DNA of 48,250 bases from Acidobacteriota bacterium (GCA_046728075.1 JBKPDV010000141.1:1-48250); one strand, 5' to 3'; positions 9,392 through 18,909 are shown, counted from the stretch's first letter. The notes: generated by a model not told the origin, from the sequence alone. A program made the numbers and translations.

Positions 9392-11965
9392 ATGCCAATC
9401 TCTGTGGGATCTCGACTCGGCCCTTACGAAGTCCTGGCGCCGCTGGGCGCCGGCGGGATGGGCGAGGTCTATCGGGCGAAAGACGCAAGGCTCGGGCGCG
9501 ACGTCGCGCTGAAGGTGCTCCCGACGGAGGTCGCGAAGGACGCCGACAGGAGGTCGCGGTTCGAGCAGGAGGCGCGCGCCGCTTCGGCTCTCGCGCACCC
9601 GAACATCATCGCCGTCTACGACGTCGGCGAATCCGACAGCTCCGTCTGGATCGCGATGGAGCTGGTCGAAGGACGGACGGTGCGAGACCTTTTGGCGTCG
9701 GGGCCGCTGCCGGCGCGGCGCGCGCTCGAGATCGGCACTCAGGTCGCGGAGGGCCTGGCCGCCGCGCACGCGGCCGGAATCGTCCACCGGGACTTGAAGC
9801 CCGAGAACTTGATTCTGTCTAAAGACGGCTACGTGAAGATCCTGGACTTCGGACTCGCGAAGCTTTCCGAGCGAGGGATCGCGGCGGCGGAAGGGCCGAC
9901 GGTCTCAGCCGGTGCGCCGGGCACCGAGCCCGGCACCGTGATGGGCACGGTCGGCTACATGTCGCCCGAGCAGGCGGCGGGACAGCCGGTGGACTTTCGC
10001 TCCGACCAGTTCTCCTTCGGCTCGATACTCTATGAGATGGCCACCGGCCAGCGCGCCTTCCAGCGGACGACGGGAGTCGAGACGCTCGCGGCGATCCTGC
10101 GCGAGGAGCCGAAATCCATCGTCGAGCTGAATCCCGCGGCACCCGCGCCGCTTCGGTGGACGATCGAGCGCTGCCTCGCCAAGGAGGCGGACGAGCGTTA
10201 CGCCTCGACGAAGGATCTGGCGCGCGACTTGAAGAGCGTTCGCGATCATCTCTCCGAGACATCGACCGCGACGCTCGCGGCGGCGCCAGTGCGCTCTCGG
10301 CGAGGCTGGCTCTTGCCGGCGGCGGCGGCGCTGATTCTCGGGGCTCTCCTAAGCGCTGCTGTTCTGCGTACGCTCGGGAGCTCCCCGCCGACGAGCCAGC
10401 CGGTCTTTCGCCAGGTCACGTTTCGCCGCGGGACGATCTACGGTGCGCGTTTCGCCCCGGATGGAAAGACGATCGTCTATGCCGCGGCCTGGGATGGCAA
10501 GCCGGCCGAGCCCTTCGCCACCCAGGCCGACTCGCCAGAATCGAGGCCTCTGGGTCTGTCGGCGGCGACGCTGGTCGGAGTCTCCTCTTCGAGCGATCTG
10601 GCGGTCATCCTTCGGCGCCGGTTTTTGTCGGGCTTCGAGTCGGCGGGAACGCTCGCTCGGGTGGCGCTGAACGGTGGCGCGCCGCGGGAGCTCGCCGATG
10701 ACGTGACCGACGCGGATTGGTCGCCGGACGGGCAGCAACTTGCGGTGACGCGCCCCGAGGCCGGGCAGTGGCGGCTCGAGTATCCGATCGGAAAAGTTCT
10801 CGCGACGTCGCCGGGATGGATGGACCTGCCGCGAATCTCGCCAGACGGCCGCCGTCTCGCGTTTGCCGACCACCCGCAGCGGGGGGACTCGTTCGGCCGG
10901 GTCGTGGTGATCGATACGGCCGGCCGCCGACTCTTTCAGAGCGGGATCACCACGTCGCTCGGCGGCCTGGCCTGGTCGCCCAAAGGCGACGAGGTCTGGT
11001 ACACGGGTGATGGCCTGCAGGCCCTGGCACCGTCCGGCAAGTCCCGAACGGTTCTCAGCCTGCTCGGCTTCGCGACGTTGCGCGACGTCGGGCGCGACGG
11101 CCGCATCCTCATTACGAGTACGGGAAGGCGGCGCGAGATCCTGGGGCTTGGCCCCGGGGAGGCGACCGAGCGTAACCTATCGTGGCACGACTGGTCGTTC
11201 CCGTCGCAACTTTCGGCCGACGGAAGGACGCTGCTCTTCGACGAGCAGGGAGCCGCGACAGGCCGCGGCGATGTCTATCTCGCCTATGTGCGTAAGACGG
11301 ACGGTTCGCCCGCGGTCTTGCTCGGGAAAGCGCGCAGCCTGTCGCTTTCCCCCGACGGGCGCCGCGTGCTCGCGCAAAGCTTGACCGACCCACCCGAGCT
11401 GGTGGTCCTGCCGACGGGAGCGGGCACGCCGCGCTCCGTTCCGATCAAGGGGATCGCTATCCAATGGACCGTTTGGATGCCGGACGGGCGGCGGGCCGTG
11501 ATGCAGGGCATGGAGGCCGGGCATAGGCCTCGTCTCTATGTCGTGGACACGGACACGGGTGAGCGGAGGGGGTTCTCTCCAGAAGGCGTCTCGATCCACG
11601 GCGGCGGGGTGTCGCCCGACGGTAAGTGGATCTCGGCGTTCGCGCCGGACCGGCGCGTCCTGCTCTATCCAACCGACGGTGGCGAGCCGAAGGCGGCCGC
11701 AGGCGTCGAACCGGAGGAAGTCGTCATCCGTTGGACCGCCGACGGGCGAGGCTTGTACGTGGCGCGATTCACGGGCATGCCGGTCACCGTCTATCGTGTG
11801 GATCTGCAGACCGGCCACCGCGAACCGGTGCGCTCTTTCGCTCCGTCCGACGCGGCCGGCGTTCTGAACATCGGACCCGTCCTGCTTTCGGCCGACGGCA
11901 AGTCCTACGTCTACTCGTATCGGCGGATCCTCGACGACCTCTACGTCGTGACCGGCGCGCGATAG
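9392..11965 (+). CDS. Ser/Thr protein kinase with TM segment and TolB/PD40-like beta-propeller
   Basis: LGAGGMGEVY, VALK, HRDLKPEN, DFG and YMSPEQ motifs; repeated W/FSPDG. True start is ATG 9392, not 8144. Confidence 0.93.
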   Translation: MPISVGSRLGPYEVLAPLGAGGMGEVYRAKDARLGRDVALKVLPTEVAKDADRRSRFEQEARAASALAHPNIIAVYDVGESDSSVWIAMELVEGRTVRDLLASGPLPARRALEIGTQVAEGLAAAHAAGIVHRDLKPENLILSKDGYVKILDFGLAKLSERGIAAAEGPTVSAGAPGTEPGTVMGTVGYMSPEQAAGQPVDFRSDQFSFGSILYEMATGQRAFQRTTGVETLAAILREEPKSIVELNPAAPAPLRWTIERCLAKEADERYASTKDLARDLKSVRDHLSETSTATLAAAPVRSRRGWLLPAAAALILGALLSAAVLRTLGSSPPTSQPVFRQVTFRRGTIYGARFAPDGKTIVYAAAWDGKPAEPFATQADSPESRPLGLSAATLVGVSSSSDLAVILRRRFLSGFESAGTLARVALNGGAPRELADDVTDADWSPDGQQLAVTRPEAGQWRLEYPIGKVLATSPGWMDLPRISPDGRRLAFADHPQRGDSFGRVVVIDTAGRRLFQSGITTSLGGLAWSPKGDEVWYTGDGLQALAPSGKSRTVLSLLGFATLRDVGRDGRILITSTGRRREILGLGPGEATERNLSWHDWSFPSQLSADGRTLLFDEQGAATGRGDVYLAYVRKTDGSPAVLLGKARSLSLSPDGRRVLAQSLTDPPELVVLPTGAGTPRSVPIKGIAIQWTVWMPDGRRAVMQGMEAGHRPRLYVVDTDTGERRGFSPEGVSIHGGGVSPDGKWISAFAPDRRVLLYPTDGGEPKAAAGVEPEEVVIRWTADGRGLYVARFTGMPVTVYRVDLQTGHREPVRSFAPSDAAGVLNIGPVLLSADGKSYVYSYRRILDDLYVVTGAR

Positions 11966-12002
11966 CATCCGGCCCGTCCGGCGAACCAAAGACTCAAATT
12001 GT

Positions 12003-13217
12003 TTACCGATCGTCATCGCCCTCGTTGTCGTCGTCAGCTCGCGGAATGAGCTTGACGGCGAACGTCTCGCCGGTACTGCACTGCTGGCAACCCTGTCCCA
12101 CGATCTCTCCGCGATCGTTGATGTCGTTGGCGTAGATGAGAAACGGCGAGCCGGGGGCAACGAGAGTGTTGAGGTCGGTCAGGACGCCGTCCCGATAGAT
12201 GAAGGCGCGGCTCCCGTTCGCGCCGATCGACTGGCCGACGACGTGGCGGCGGTTGTTGATACCGAAGGCCAGACTGATCACGTCTCCGGACAGCACTCCG
12301 AGGTCCCGGATCGGCCCGTTTCCGGTCCAGAGGAAGGCGTGAGCGTTCAATCCGCCACCCTGGTCGCCGGGAAAGTCGGCGAATCCCGCTACGTCGCCCT
12401 GTTGATTGATGGCGGTCGGAGTGTTCCACGCGATGCCACCAAAACTCCCCAGATCTGTCGGGGTTCCGTTCTGCCACAGCAGGGCATGTTTGGCGCTGAA
12501 CCGTCCGCGCGCGCGATCGCACGGACCGGAGATGCCGACGACCTGGCCTCTGTCGTTGATCGCCGTCGCCGCGGAAGTGGAATCGCCGGGAAACGGAGAG
12601 AGCTCCTGGATCTGATTGTCCTTCGGCCCCCAGATGACAGCCCGGAACTGGAGGACTTGAGGCGGCGTGCAAGTGGAATCGTGAGTCGTGTTCTCCGCCC
12701 ACCCGACCGCCTGACCCCGGTTGTTGGCGCCGGTCGCGTAGCTGTTGTTGCCCCCCAGGGTGCCCAGTCCCGTCATCACCCCGTCGCGCCAGAGGAAACC
12801 CCGACACGAATGGCCGGTATGCGGGGTTCCAAAGAAGGCGGCGCAGGAAAAGGTCTCTCCCAGCGGATCGACATCGGCCGTTTCGGAGATGCCTACGATC
12901 TCGCCCCGGTCGTTCTTGACCGGCCAGCTCACCGCGCTGTTGGGTCCTCCCAGCGTCCGGAGGTCGATTGTTCGTCCGCCCAGCCAGAGAGTGGCGTGCG
13001 CCGTCTGATCACCCGTCTGGTTTGCGAGACCCGTCACCCAGCCCCGGTTGTTGATGCTATTGGCTCCTCCCTGCGTTCCGCCGAGCGTATCCAGCTTGAC
13101 AACGGAATACCTGACTCCGATGTCTTGCGGCCGACTCTCCGCAGCGAGTCGAACCGCGACCGTCACGAGCGCAAGCAGAATCACAACAATCATGCACGTC
13201 AGTGCCTTGGGCTTCAT
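12003..13217 (-). CDS. Secreted HAF-repeat protein
   Basis: Signal peptide; repeated LGTLGG..S.A..IN.RG.VVG...HA.LW units; RBS AGAGGAG before ATG 13217. Confidence 0.88.
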   Translation of the reverse strand: MKPKALTCMIVVILLALVTVAVRLAAESRPQDIGVRYSVVKLDTLGGTQGGANSINNRGWVTGLANQTGDQTAHATLWLGGRTIDLRTLGGPNSAVSWPVKNDRGEIVGISETADVDPLGETFSCAAFFGTPHTGHSCRGFLWRDGVMTGLGTLGGNNSYATGANNRGQAVGWAENTTHDSTCTPPQVLQFRAVIWGPKDNQIQELSPFPGDSTSAATAINDRGQVVGISGPCDRARGRFSAKHALLWQNGTPTDLGSFGGIAWNTPTAINQQGDVAGFADFPGDQGGGLNAHAFLWTGNGPIRDLGVLSGDVISLAFGINNRRHVVGQSIGANGSRAFIYRDGVLTDLNTLVAPGSPFLIYANDINDRGEIVGQGCQQCSTGETFAVKLIPRADDDNEGDDDR

Positions 13218-13251
13218 GTTGGCTCCTCTTTCGTTTTCTTCGACGCCGAGC

Positions 13252-13267
13252 GACCGAACGTTCGGTC
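13252..13267. promoter_or_regulatory. Perfect 16-bp palindrome (operator candidate)
   Basis: GACCGAACGTTCGGTC in the leader of the HAF gene. Confidence 0.5.
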
Positions 13268-13352
13268 TGTCCTCATTTCTATTTCCCTGGCTCACGCAAA
13301 GTCTCCGCTCTCGTCAGGTACCTCCTTTGGTTTCTCATCACCGCAGCCCAAG

Positions 13353-13368
13353 AGCAACGCGAGTGCCA
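13353..13368 (-). promoter_or_regulatory. Sigma54-type -24/-12 promoter
   Basis: TGGCAC-TCGCG-TTGCT, a full consensus match oriented toward the HAF gene. Confidence 0.75.
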
Positions 13369-13388
13369 CGGCATTGCCGCGAGACGTT

Positions 13389-13437
13389 GGAACGAATCGA
13401 CCGGAGACGGGAACGAAAATCCTCGACGAGGGAACGA
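13389..13437. repeat. Three GGAACGA direct repeats at 21-bp period (LytTR-type boxes)
   Basis: Copies at 13389, 13410 and 13431, next to the LytTR gene. A 21-bp period is typical of LytTR sites. Confidence 0.75.
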
Positions 13438-13567
13438 GCGGAGATTGCGCACATCAAAGAAACCTGGGCGATTCCAGTTCTTGGATTTGCAGCCAGATTA
13501 TTGGATCGGCGCTGCGGAGCGGAGTCTTACAGATGAGATCGAAATGCCTGCTCGAACCGCGGCGGTC

Positions 13568-14377
13568 TCAGCTGGTCGAAGCGCGTGGCTCGTCCCCGAC
13601 GAGCTCGAAGATGCGAGATTTCTGCGTCCGGCTCATCGGGATGCGCGTGCCGTCTCTGAGGATTGCGCTCGGCGACCGGTCCGAATGGAGAACTCCGACG
13701 ACGTGATCGAGATTGACGATGGCGGATCGGTGAATGCGCGCGAAATGCATCGGATCGAGCCGCGCTTCCAGTCTGCTGATCGACTCACGGAGCCGATGCG
13801 TGGCATCGCGAGTGTGCAGGCGGGAGTACTTCGCGTCGGCCTCCACCCACTCGATCTCCGCGACGTTCAAGATCAAGAGCTGTCCGGGCGAGCGGATCCA
13901 GAGACGCTGCGCATAATTGCGAGCGTCGCGAACTTCCGCGAGAAGCGCCTCCAGCCGCTCGGAAAGCTCGTCGAGATGGCCCCGGCGGAGGTGCCTTCGG
14001 ACGCGATCGAACGTCGTATGGAGGCGCTCTTTGGTGAGGGGCTTGACGATGTAGTCGAACGCGTTTACCTGAAAAGCCTCCGCGGCGAACCTCTCGTGGT
14101 ACGCGAGGAAGATCGTGAGAGGAGAGTCGTCGACACCGTAACGGCGAACGACCTCGATCCCGTTCGTTTTCGGCAGGTCGAGGTCGAGCAGCACCACGTC
14201 GGGCGCAAGACGCCGCACGGAATCGATCGCCTCTCTCGCCGAGCTCGCTTCGCCCACGATCTCCAGGCCGGGCTCGGACTCGATCAGAGAACGGATCGCG
14301 CAGATCGTGGGTTCGTTTTCAACGATCAAAAGGCGGATCGGACTCGACTCGGAGCCGGCGGCGGTTCCTTCCGTCAT
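13568..14377 (-). CDS. LytTR-family response regulator (orphan, atypical receiver)
   Basis: Receiver DVVLLDLDLP and AFDYIVKP; LytTR domain IEWVEA...FARIHRSAIVN. Confidence 0.9.
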   Translation of the reverse strand: MTEGTAAGSESSPIRLLIVENEPTICAIRSLIESEPGLEIVGEASSAREAIDSVRRLAPDVVLLDLDLPKTNGIEVVRRYGVDDSPLTIFLAYHERFAAEAFQVNAFDYIVKPLTKERLHTTFDRVRRHLRRGHLDELSERLEALLAEVRDARNYAQRLWIRSPGQLLILNVAEIEWVEADAKYSRLHTRDATHRLRESISRLEARLDPMHFARIHRSAIVNLDHVVGVLHSDRSPSAILRDGTRIPMSRTQKSRIFELVGDEPRASTS

Positions 14378-14535
14378 GGGCTCCCTCCCTCCCTGACGAA
14401 GCATCCTCGCTCGCTCCCGGACTCCCGGATCGAACGCCGCCACACCGCGAGGCTACCTTCCCTTCTCTTCGCTGAGTCGCCACTTTCGGACGTGAATGTC
14501 TCTCCTTAAAGGCGATCTCTCGATCAGAAGACGCC

Positions 14536-15015
14536 TCAGGACACGTGCATGCGCCTGCTTCGAAGACGGACCCGCACCAGATAGACGACGATGAAGGCAT
14601 TGATCAGCAACACGGCCGCTCTCATCCACGTCACCCGCCTGAAGATCTCGTAGATCTCAACGGGCAAATAGACCGACCCGGCGATGATCGCAAACCATTC
14701 CGCCCACACTTTCATGTGCCATAGCCCGTACGCCTCGACGAGGCGCACGACCGCGTAGAGGAATGCGAGGGCGGCTAGAGCCCGCAGCCGGGAGTCGCCC
14801 ATATGTGACGCCGCCTCGATGAAGACTCGCGGGTAATGCCGGGCCGGGTCCAGATGCGAGTGCCGGACGAGGCGTTCGGCCAAGGCCTGGAGATCGTGGT
14901 GGACGAGAGAAAGAAGGCCGAACCCGGCAACGAGCACGAGAGTCCCTTTCAGGGCCTCGAACACGGCGATGAGGCGCACGCCGCGAGCGATGCCGGCGGC
15001 CTCTGGCTTGCTCAA
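14536..15015 (-). CDS. DUF2127 family membrane protein
   Basis: IAVFEALKG, YAVVRLVEAYGLW..WAEW and YLPVEIYEI motifs; TTG start uncertain. Confidence 0.85.
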   Translation of the reverse strand: MSKPEAAGIARGVRLIAVFEALKGTLVLVAGFGLLSLVHHDLQALAERLVRHSHLDPARHYPRVFIEAASHMGDSRLRALAALAFLYAVVRLVEAYGLWHMKVWAEWFAIIAGSVYLPVEIYEIFRRVTWMRAAVLLINAFIVVYLVRVRLRSRRMHVS

Positions 15016-15177
15016 GACTTTCGGCGCGGGCGGTGGACGCGACCGGCGCAGAGAGGGTTCAACACCGGAGCCGAGCCAACCGCGAGATCGCTCGTAGCGT
15101 TTTTCTAGCGGGAGACGGCCTTCCTCCCCTCTTGCTCATCGCCGCTCCCGAATATCGCGTTGGTGCGCTCGAGCGCT

Positions 15178-15567
15178 TTAGCTCCTGGCCGGCCGATTCT
15201 GCACGGAAAGGATGTTGCCGGCCGGGTCCTTGAACCAGGCGACGCTGAACGGGCCGGAGCGATGGACGTCGCCGTCGAGCTTCAACCCGGGCAGATTGTC
15301 ATAGTGCTCGAACTTGACACCCTTCGCCTTGAGCTGCTTCACCGTGCTATCCACGTCTTTGAGCTCCCACAGAGCGGCTGTCCCCTTGTTCGTTCCCGCG
15401 AACTCCGAGCGATACACGACGAGAGTTGTGTCGCCGGTCTGATATGTCACGGCCATGTCGGGCTCCACGTGAACCCTCTTGAGTCCCAGTGTCTTCTCGT
15501 AAAACTTTTCCGCCGCCTTCAAGTCCTTGACGGGAAGCATCGGCTGCACTTTCGCATCACTCAACAT
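15178..15567 (-). CDS. VOC/glyoxalase family protein
   Basis: LPVKDL..AEKFY..LGL and AWFKDPAGNIL motifs; RBS AAAGGAG. Confidence 0.9.
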   Translation of the reverse strand: MLSDAKVQPMLPVKDLKAAEKFYEKTLGLKRVHVEPDMAVTYQTGDTTLVVYRSEFAGTNKGTAALWELKDVDSTVKQLKAKGVKFEHYDNLPGLKLDGDVHRSGPFSVAWFKDPAGNILSVQNRPARS

Positions 15568-15657
15568 TGCTATCTCCTTTGCGGTATCCGCATGTCAGAC
15601 CTATGAGAAATGTCTCGAGTCTCGGAGTCGGCGCTTCGAGGGATCATGGCAGAGTCC

Positions 15658-15948
15658 TTACTCGACGCGGAAAATCTCACGCCGCCCGCCGTTGACCAGG
15701 TCCATGTAGCCCTTCATGGCCTCTTCGGCCTCGGGGCTGGGCCGGCTTGCGCCCATATCGAAATACGTCTTGAGATCCTCCACTTCGGTCTCGCACACGA
15801 CAGTCCAGTAGCCGGCGACCGTGTCGGTCATCACGCGCGCGTTCTGGACTCCCGCCGGACGCATGAGCGGCAGTGCCTTTTTCATTTTGGCCACCAGGTC
15901 CTTCGCGTGGCCGGGTTTGGTGTTGAAGATGTCGCGGATGACGAACAT
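15658..15948 (-). CDS. Small hypothetical protein, probably a NIPSNAP-like dimeric alpha/beta barrel
   Basis: 96 aa; IRDIFNTKPG...RVMTD..GYWTVV.E.E...GGRREIF pattern. Confidence 0.7.
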   Translation of the reverse strand: MFVIRDIFNTKPGHAKDLVAKMKKALPLMRPAGVQNARVMTDTVAGYWTVVCETEVEDLKTYFDMGASRPSPEAEEAMKGYMDLVNGGRREIFRVE

Positions 15949-16162
15949 GAGACTTCCCTTCTGCGGCCGCCGCGGGCCGCCTTGTGCCCGGATTGGGCGT
16001 TTTACTGACTCGAGGACGGGACACCCGACCTCCTTCGTGTTGACGAGCTCCCATCCTGTCGGCGCCTGCCGTCAGGACAGTCCTTCATTTGTAAATCGCT
16101 GCAGAAATCGCGCCGGATCCAGGAGGATCTCGCGCTGGTTTTGCGCCAGCCGTGCCGCGGCG

Positions 16163-17032
16163 CTAGCAGGCGACCGGGGACACCTTGAAACAGCGCCCGA
16201 GCAACCGAGAGTCTCCCAGACGCTCGACCCACGCCGCGAATGTGTCGGTGGGACCGCGCCATCGGAGCTCGTCCACGTCGCCGAAAAGGGCCGCGTCCGT
16301 CCTCAGTGTTGCCAGATTCTTGAAGAGGAGCGCCAGGTCGCGCCCGTCCCCCAGGACGTCGGGCGGAAAGTTTTCGATCACACCGTGTCGGTTCAGCAGC
16401 CTTGCCGCGCCGATCCGGCCGATCCCCGGGATGCCGGGATATCCGTCCGCGGCGTCGCCGACGAGAGCAAGGAAGTCGGGGATCAAGACCGGCTCCACGC
16501 CGAACTTCTCTCGGACCCCCTCCGCATTGCGGATCTTCTGCGCTTTGCGGTCGACCTGCACGACCCGGTCGCCGCGGACACACTGCGCCAGGTCCTTGTC
16601 GGGTGTCCAGATACAGACTTTTTCAACGGTCTCTTTCTCGGACGCGATCCGCGCCGCGGAGGCAAGCGCGTCGTCGGCCTCGAGCTCGACCATGGGCCAG
16701 ACAGCCACTCCCATCGCAGCGAGCGCTTCTTCGAGCGGGTGGAACTGCGCGAGAAGCGCGCGCTCCATGCCGGCACTCGTCTTGTAGCCGGGCCAGAGAC
16801 CGTTTCGAAAGGATTCGATGACGTGATCGGTCGCCACACCGACGTGCGTCGCTCCCTTCTCGATCATCTCCAGGACCGTATTCAGGACGCCGATGACGGC
16901 GCCGAAGGGCCGATCCTCGCCCTTGTCGACGCGGCGAAGGCCGTAGAAGTGGCGGAACAGCTCGTACGTTCCGTCTACGAGATGGACGACCGTGTTCGCG
17001 TTACGCATGGGCGACCGCGTCGCGGCCGGCAT
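16163..17032 (-). CDS. Stand-alone 5'-3' exonuclease / flap endonuclease (PIN + H3TH)
   Basis: HLVDGTYELFR, EADDALAS, TPDKDLAQ and LVGDAADGYPGIPGIG motifs. Start is ATG 17032 (TGATG coupling) or 17008. Confidence 0.9.
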   Translation of the reverse strand: MPAATRSPMRNANTVVHLVDGTYELFRHFYGLRRVDKGEDRPFGAVIGVLNTVLEMIEKGATHVGVATDHVIESFRNGLWPGYKTSAGMERALLAQFHPLEEALAAMGVAVWPMVELEADDALASAARIASEKETVEKVCIWTPDKDLAQCVRGDRVVQVDRKAQKIRNAEGVREKFGVEPVLIPDFLALVGDAADGYPGIPGIGRIGAARLLNRHGVIENFPPDVLGDGRDLALLFKNLATLRTDAALFGDVDELRWRGPTDTFAAWVERLGDSRLLGRCFKVSPVAC

Positions 17033-17691
17033 CACAGGCTGTTGATGTCGCGGGTCTCGAGGACGGGCTTCGAGTATCCGCGCCGCGCGACGGCGAGCAT
17101 CGCGCGCCCGACTCGCTCCGTCGTCGTGATTCCGTTCGGGAAAAGGGCCTTCAGCGCCGGATAGAAAGGAGTCATCAGCGCGTAAAGCACGCGGTACCAC
17201 CCCGTCTTCGACCGGACTCCGTGCATCGGCACGATCAACGCGGGGCGGAACATGTACGCCGCCTGGAAAGGGAGCCGCAGGAGGGCGTTCTCCGTCCTGC
17301 CTTTCACGCGCGCCCACATGGTTCGGCCACGCTCGCTGCTGTCGGTGCCGGCGCCCGAGACGTAGACAAAAGTCATCCCGGAGTTCAACCGCGCGACCGT
17401 CTGCGCGACGGAGAGCGTGAGGTCGTACGTCAACTGCGTGTAGCGCTCCTCGGACATCCCGACCGAGGAGACGCCGAGGCAGAAGAAGCAGGCGTCGAAG
17501 CCGGCGAGCTCCGCCTCGACTTCCGAAAGTTCCGCGACGTCAGGCAGGACGAGCTCTCGCAACTTCTCGGCCTTCTTGCCGGTCGAGCTGCGGCCCACGG
17601 CGAGGACGCTCCGGACGCGGGGATCCAGGAGGCACTCGCGAAGGGCTCCTTGCCCGACCATGCCGGTCGCGCCGAAGAGCAGGACCCTCAC
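17032..17691 (-). CDS. NAD(P)-binding Rossmann-fold epimerase-like protein
   Basis: GATGMVG, ACFFCLG, YVSGAGTD and WARVKGRTEN motifs; GTG start at 17691 overlaps the kinase stop. Confidence 0.88.
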   Translation of the reverse strand: MRVLLFGATGMVGQGALRECLLDPRVRSVLAVGRSSTGKKAEKLRELVLPDVAELSEVEAELAGFDACFFCLGVSSVGMSEERYTQLTYDLTLSVAQTVARLNSGMTFVYVSGAGTDSSERGRTMWARVKGRTENALLRLPFQAAYMFRPALIVPMHGVRSKTGWYRVLYALMTPFYPALKALFPNGITTTERVGRAMLAVARRGYSKPVLETRDINSL

Positions 17692-18821
17692 GGGGACGTC
17701 TTGGGAGATACGAGCTTCCAGAAGCGCTTCTCGTCGAGCAGCGTGATTCGATGCCCCTTCTCGCGCAGCCGCTTGATCTCCAGAAGCTTCCGGCCCCCTT
17801 CCCGTCCGGCCGCCTGCAACGGATTCGGGCGCCCGCGGACGACGACGGTCGTCTTCGCCGAGGGAGAGCCATGGACCGTCGCTCCCGCCCGGCGCGCCGC
17901 GCGAACGGCTACGTTGCGGCGCTTCGAGAGAATGCCTGTGAAGGCAAGGTGGACGCCTGCAAGCGACCGCAAGGCGCCCATCTTGAGCGCGGCAGGGCGA
18001 TGACGGAGAGCTTCGATCAGCTCGTCGGCATCCTCGTACCGCTTCCGGCGCTCGCCGATGCAGCGATAGACGATCTCCTTCAAGTGGTCGGTGCACGGAA
18101 GCCCCCGGATCTCTTTGGTCCGAATCCGCGACCGCGCGTCCCCTTTCATGAGCATCCCGAGAAGCTGCCCCACCTGATACACGTCGTCGCGCGCCTGCCA
18201 CATGGGAGCCGCTCCGTCCAGAATCTCGAGCGGCGCCGTCAGCCGGTTGAGTGTCCGCGCCCGGATCCCCCGCCGGTCGCTCTGGTGCCGGACGATCCCG
18301 AAGTCGCCCAGCTTGAGAGTCCGGTCGCCGCAGACGAACACGTTCATGGGCGTCAGGTCCCGATGGAGCATCTGTCCGCGATGGAGCTTCCGGAGCACCT
18401 GCAGGATTCCCGCGATCTCGCGCCGCGCGGCCGCCTCGCGCCACTTCTCCTCTCCGCCTTGAAGGAACGCGCGGAGATCTCCGTGAGGCGCGTATTCGAG
18501 CGCGAGGCAGTACAGAATGGGACGGTCCGGGCGCAGGAGGGGAAAGGCGTCGTAGACGCGGATGGCGCGCGGCTCTCCGTCGAGAATCCGACCGAAGTAC
18601 GCCTCGCGCAGCCAGCCGTCGATATCCTCGCTCGCTTTCACGCAGACCTTCGAGGGAACTCCCCGGGCGCGGCCGAGACGAGTGGCCAGATACGCCTGCC
18701 CGTAGCCGCCCTCGCCGAGCAAGCGGTCGACGCGGTACGGGAGCCGGGACTCCGGGCTGACGATGACTTCCGGCGGCACCAGCAGAAATCCCGTTCGCGT
18801 GAGGAGCTTGCGCCGGGACAT
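17688..18821 (-). CDS. Ser/Thr-type protein kinase fused to a C-terminal BRCT domain
   Basis: GEGGYG, VCVK, HRDLTPMN and DFG motifs. C-terminal LAGVHLAFTGIL..RR..A....GA.V..S.S.KTTVVVRG...KL.....G..I.LLDE..F resembles the DNA-ligase BRCT domain. Start uncertain (18821 or 18890). Confidence 0.82.
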   Translation of the reverse strand: MSRRKLLTRTGFLLVPPEVIVSPESRLPYRVDRLLGEGGYGQAYLATRLGRARGVPSKVCVKASEDIDGWLREAYFGRILDGEPRAIRVYDAFPLLRPDRPILYCLALEYAPHGDLRAFLQGGEEKWREAAARREIAGILQVLRKLHRGQMLHRDLTPMNVFVCGDRTLKLGDFGIVRHQSDRRGIRARTLNRLTAPLEILDGAAPMWQARDDVYQVGQLLGMLMKGDARSRIRTKEIRGLPCTDHLKEIVYRCIGERRKRYEDADELIEALRHRPAALKMGALRSLAGVHLAFTGILSKRRNVAVRAARRAGATVHGSPSAKTTVVVRGRPNPLQAAGREGGRKLLEIKRLREKGHRITLLDEKRFWKLVSPKTSP

Positions 18822-18909
18822 CGGCGCCGTCGTCGCCTTCGAGGCGGGTCTCGCCGTACGGGTACCAGCGCGTGATTCCAAAGGACTCATGAGCATAGCT
18901 CCGGCGAGA

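Noticed and set aside
13389-13437. GGAACGA repeats as a mini-CRISPR or iterons
   Set aside because: Repeats of 7 bp with 14-bp gaps are too short, and no cas or rep gene is present; LytTR boxes fit better.
14410-14500. GTTCGATCC T-loop-like motif on the minus strand
   Set aside because: No cloverleaf stems or acceptor arm could be built, so not a tRNA.
15677-16035. Strong RBS AAGGAGGT before GTG 16024, opening an alternate-frame ORF; also considered as a riboswitch
   Set aside because: The product is low-complexity and overlaps the convincing 15658-15948 gene; no riboswitch consensus was recognised.
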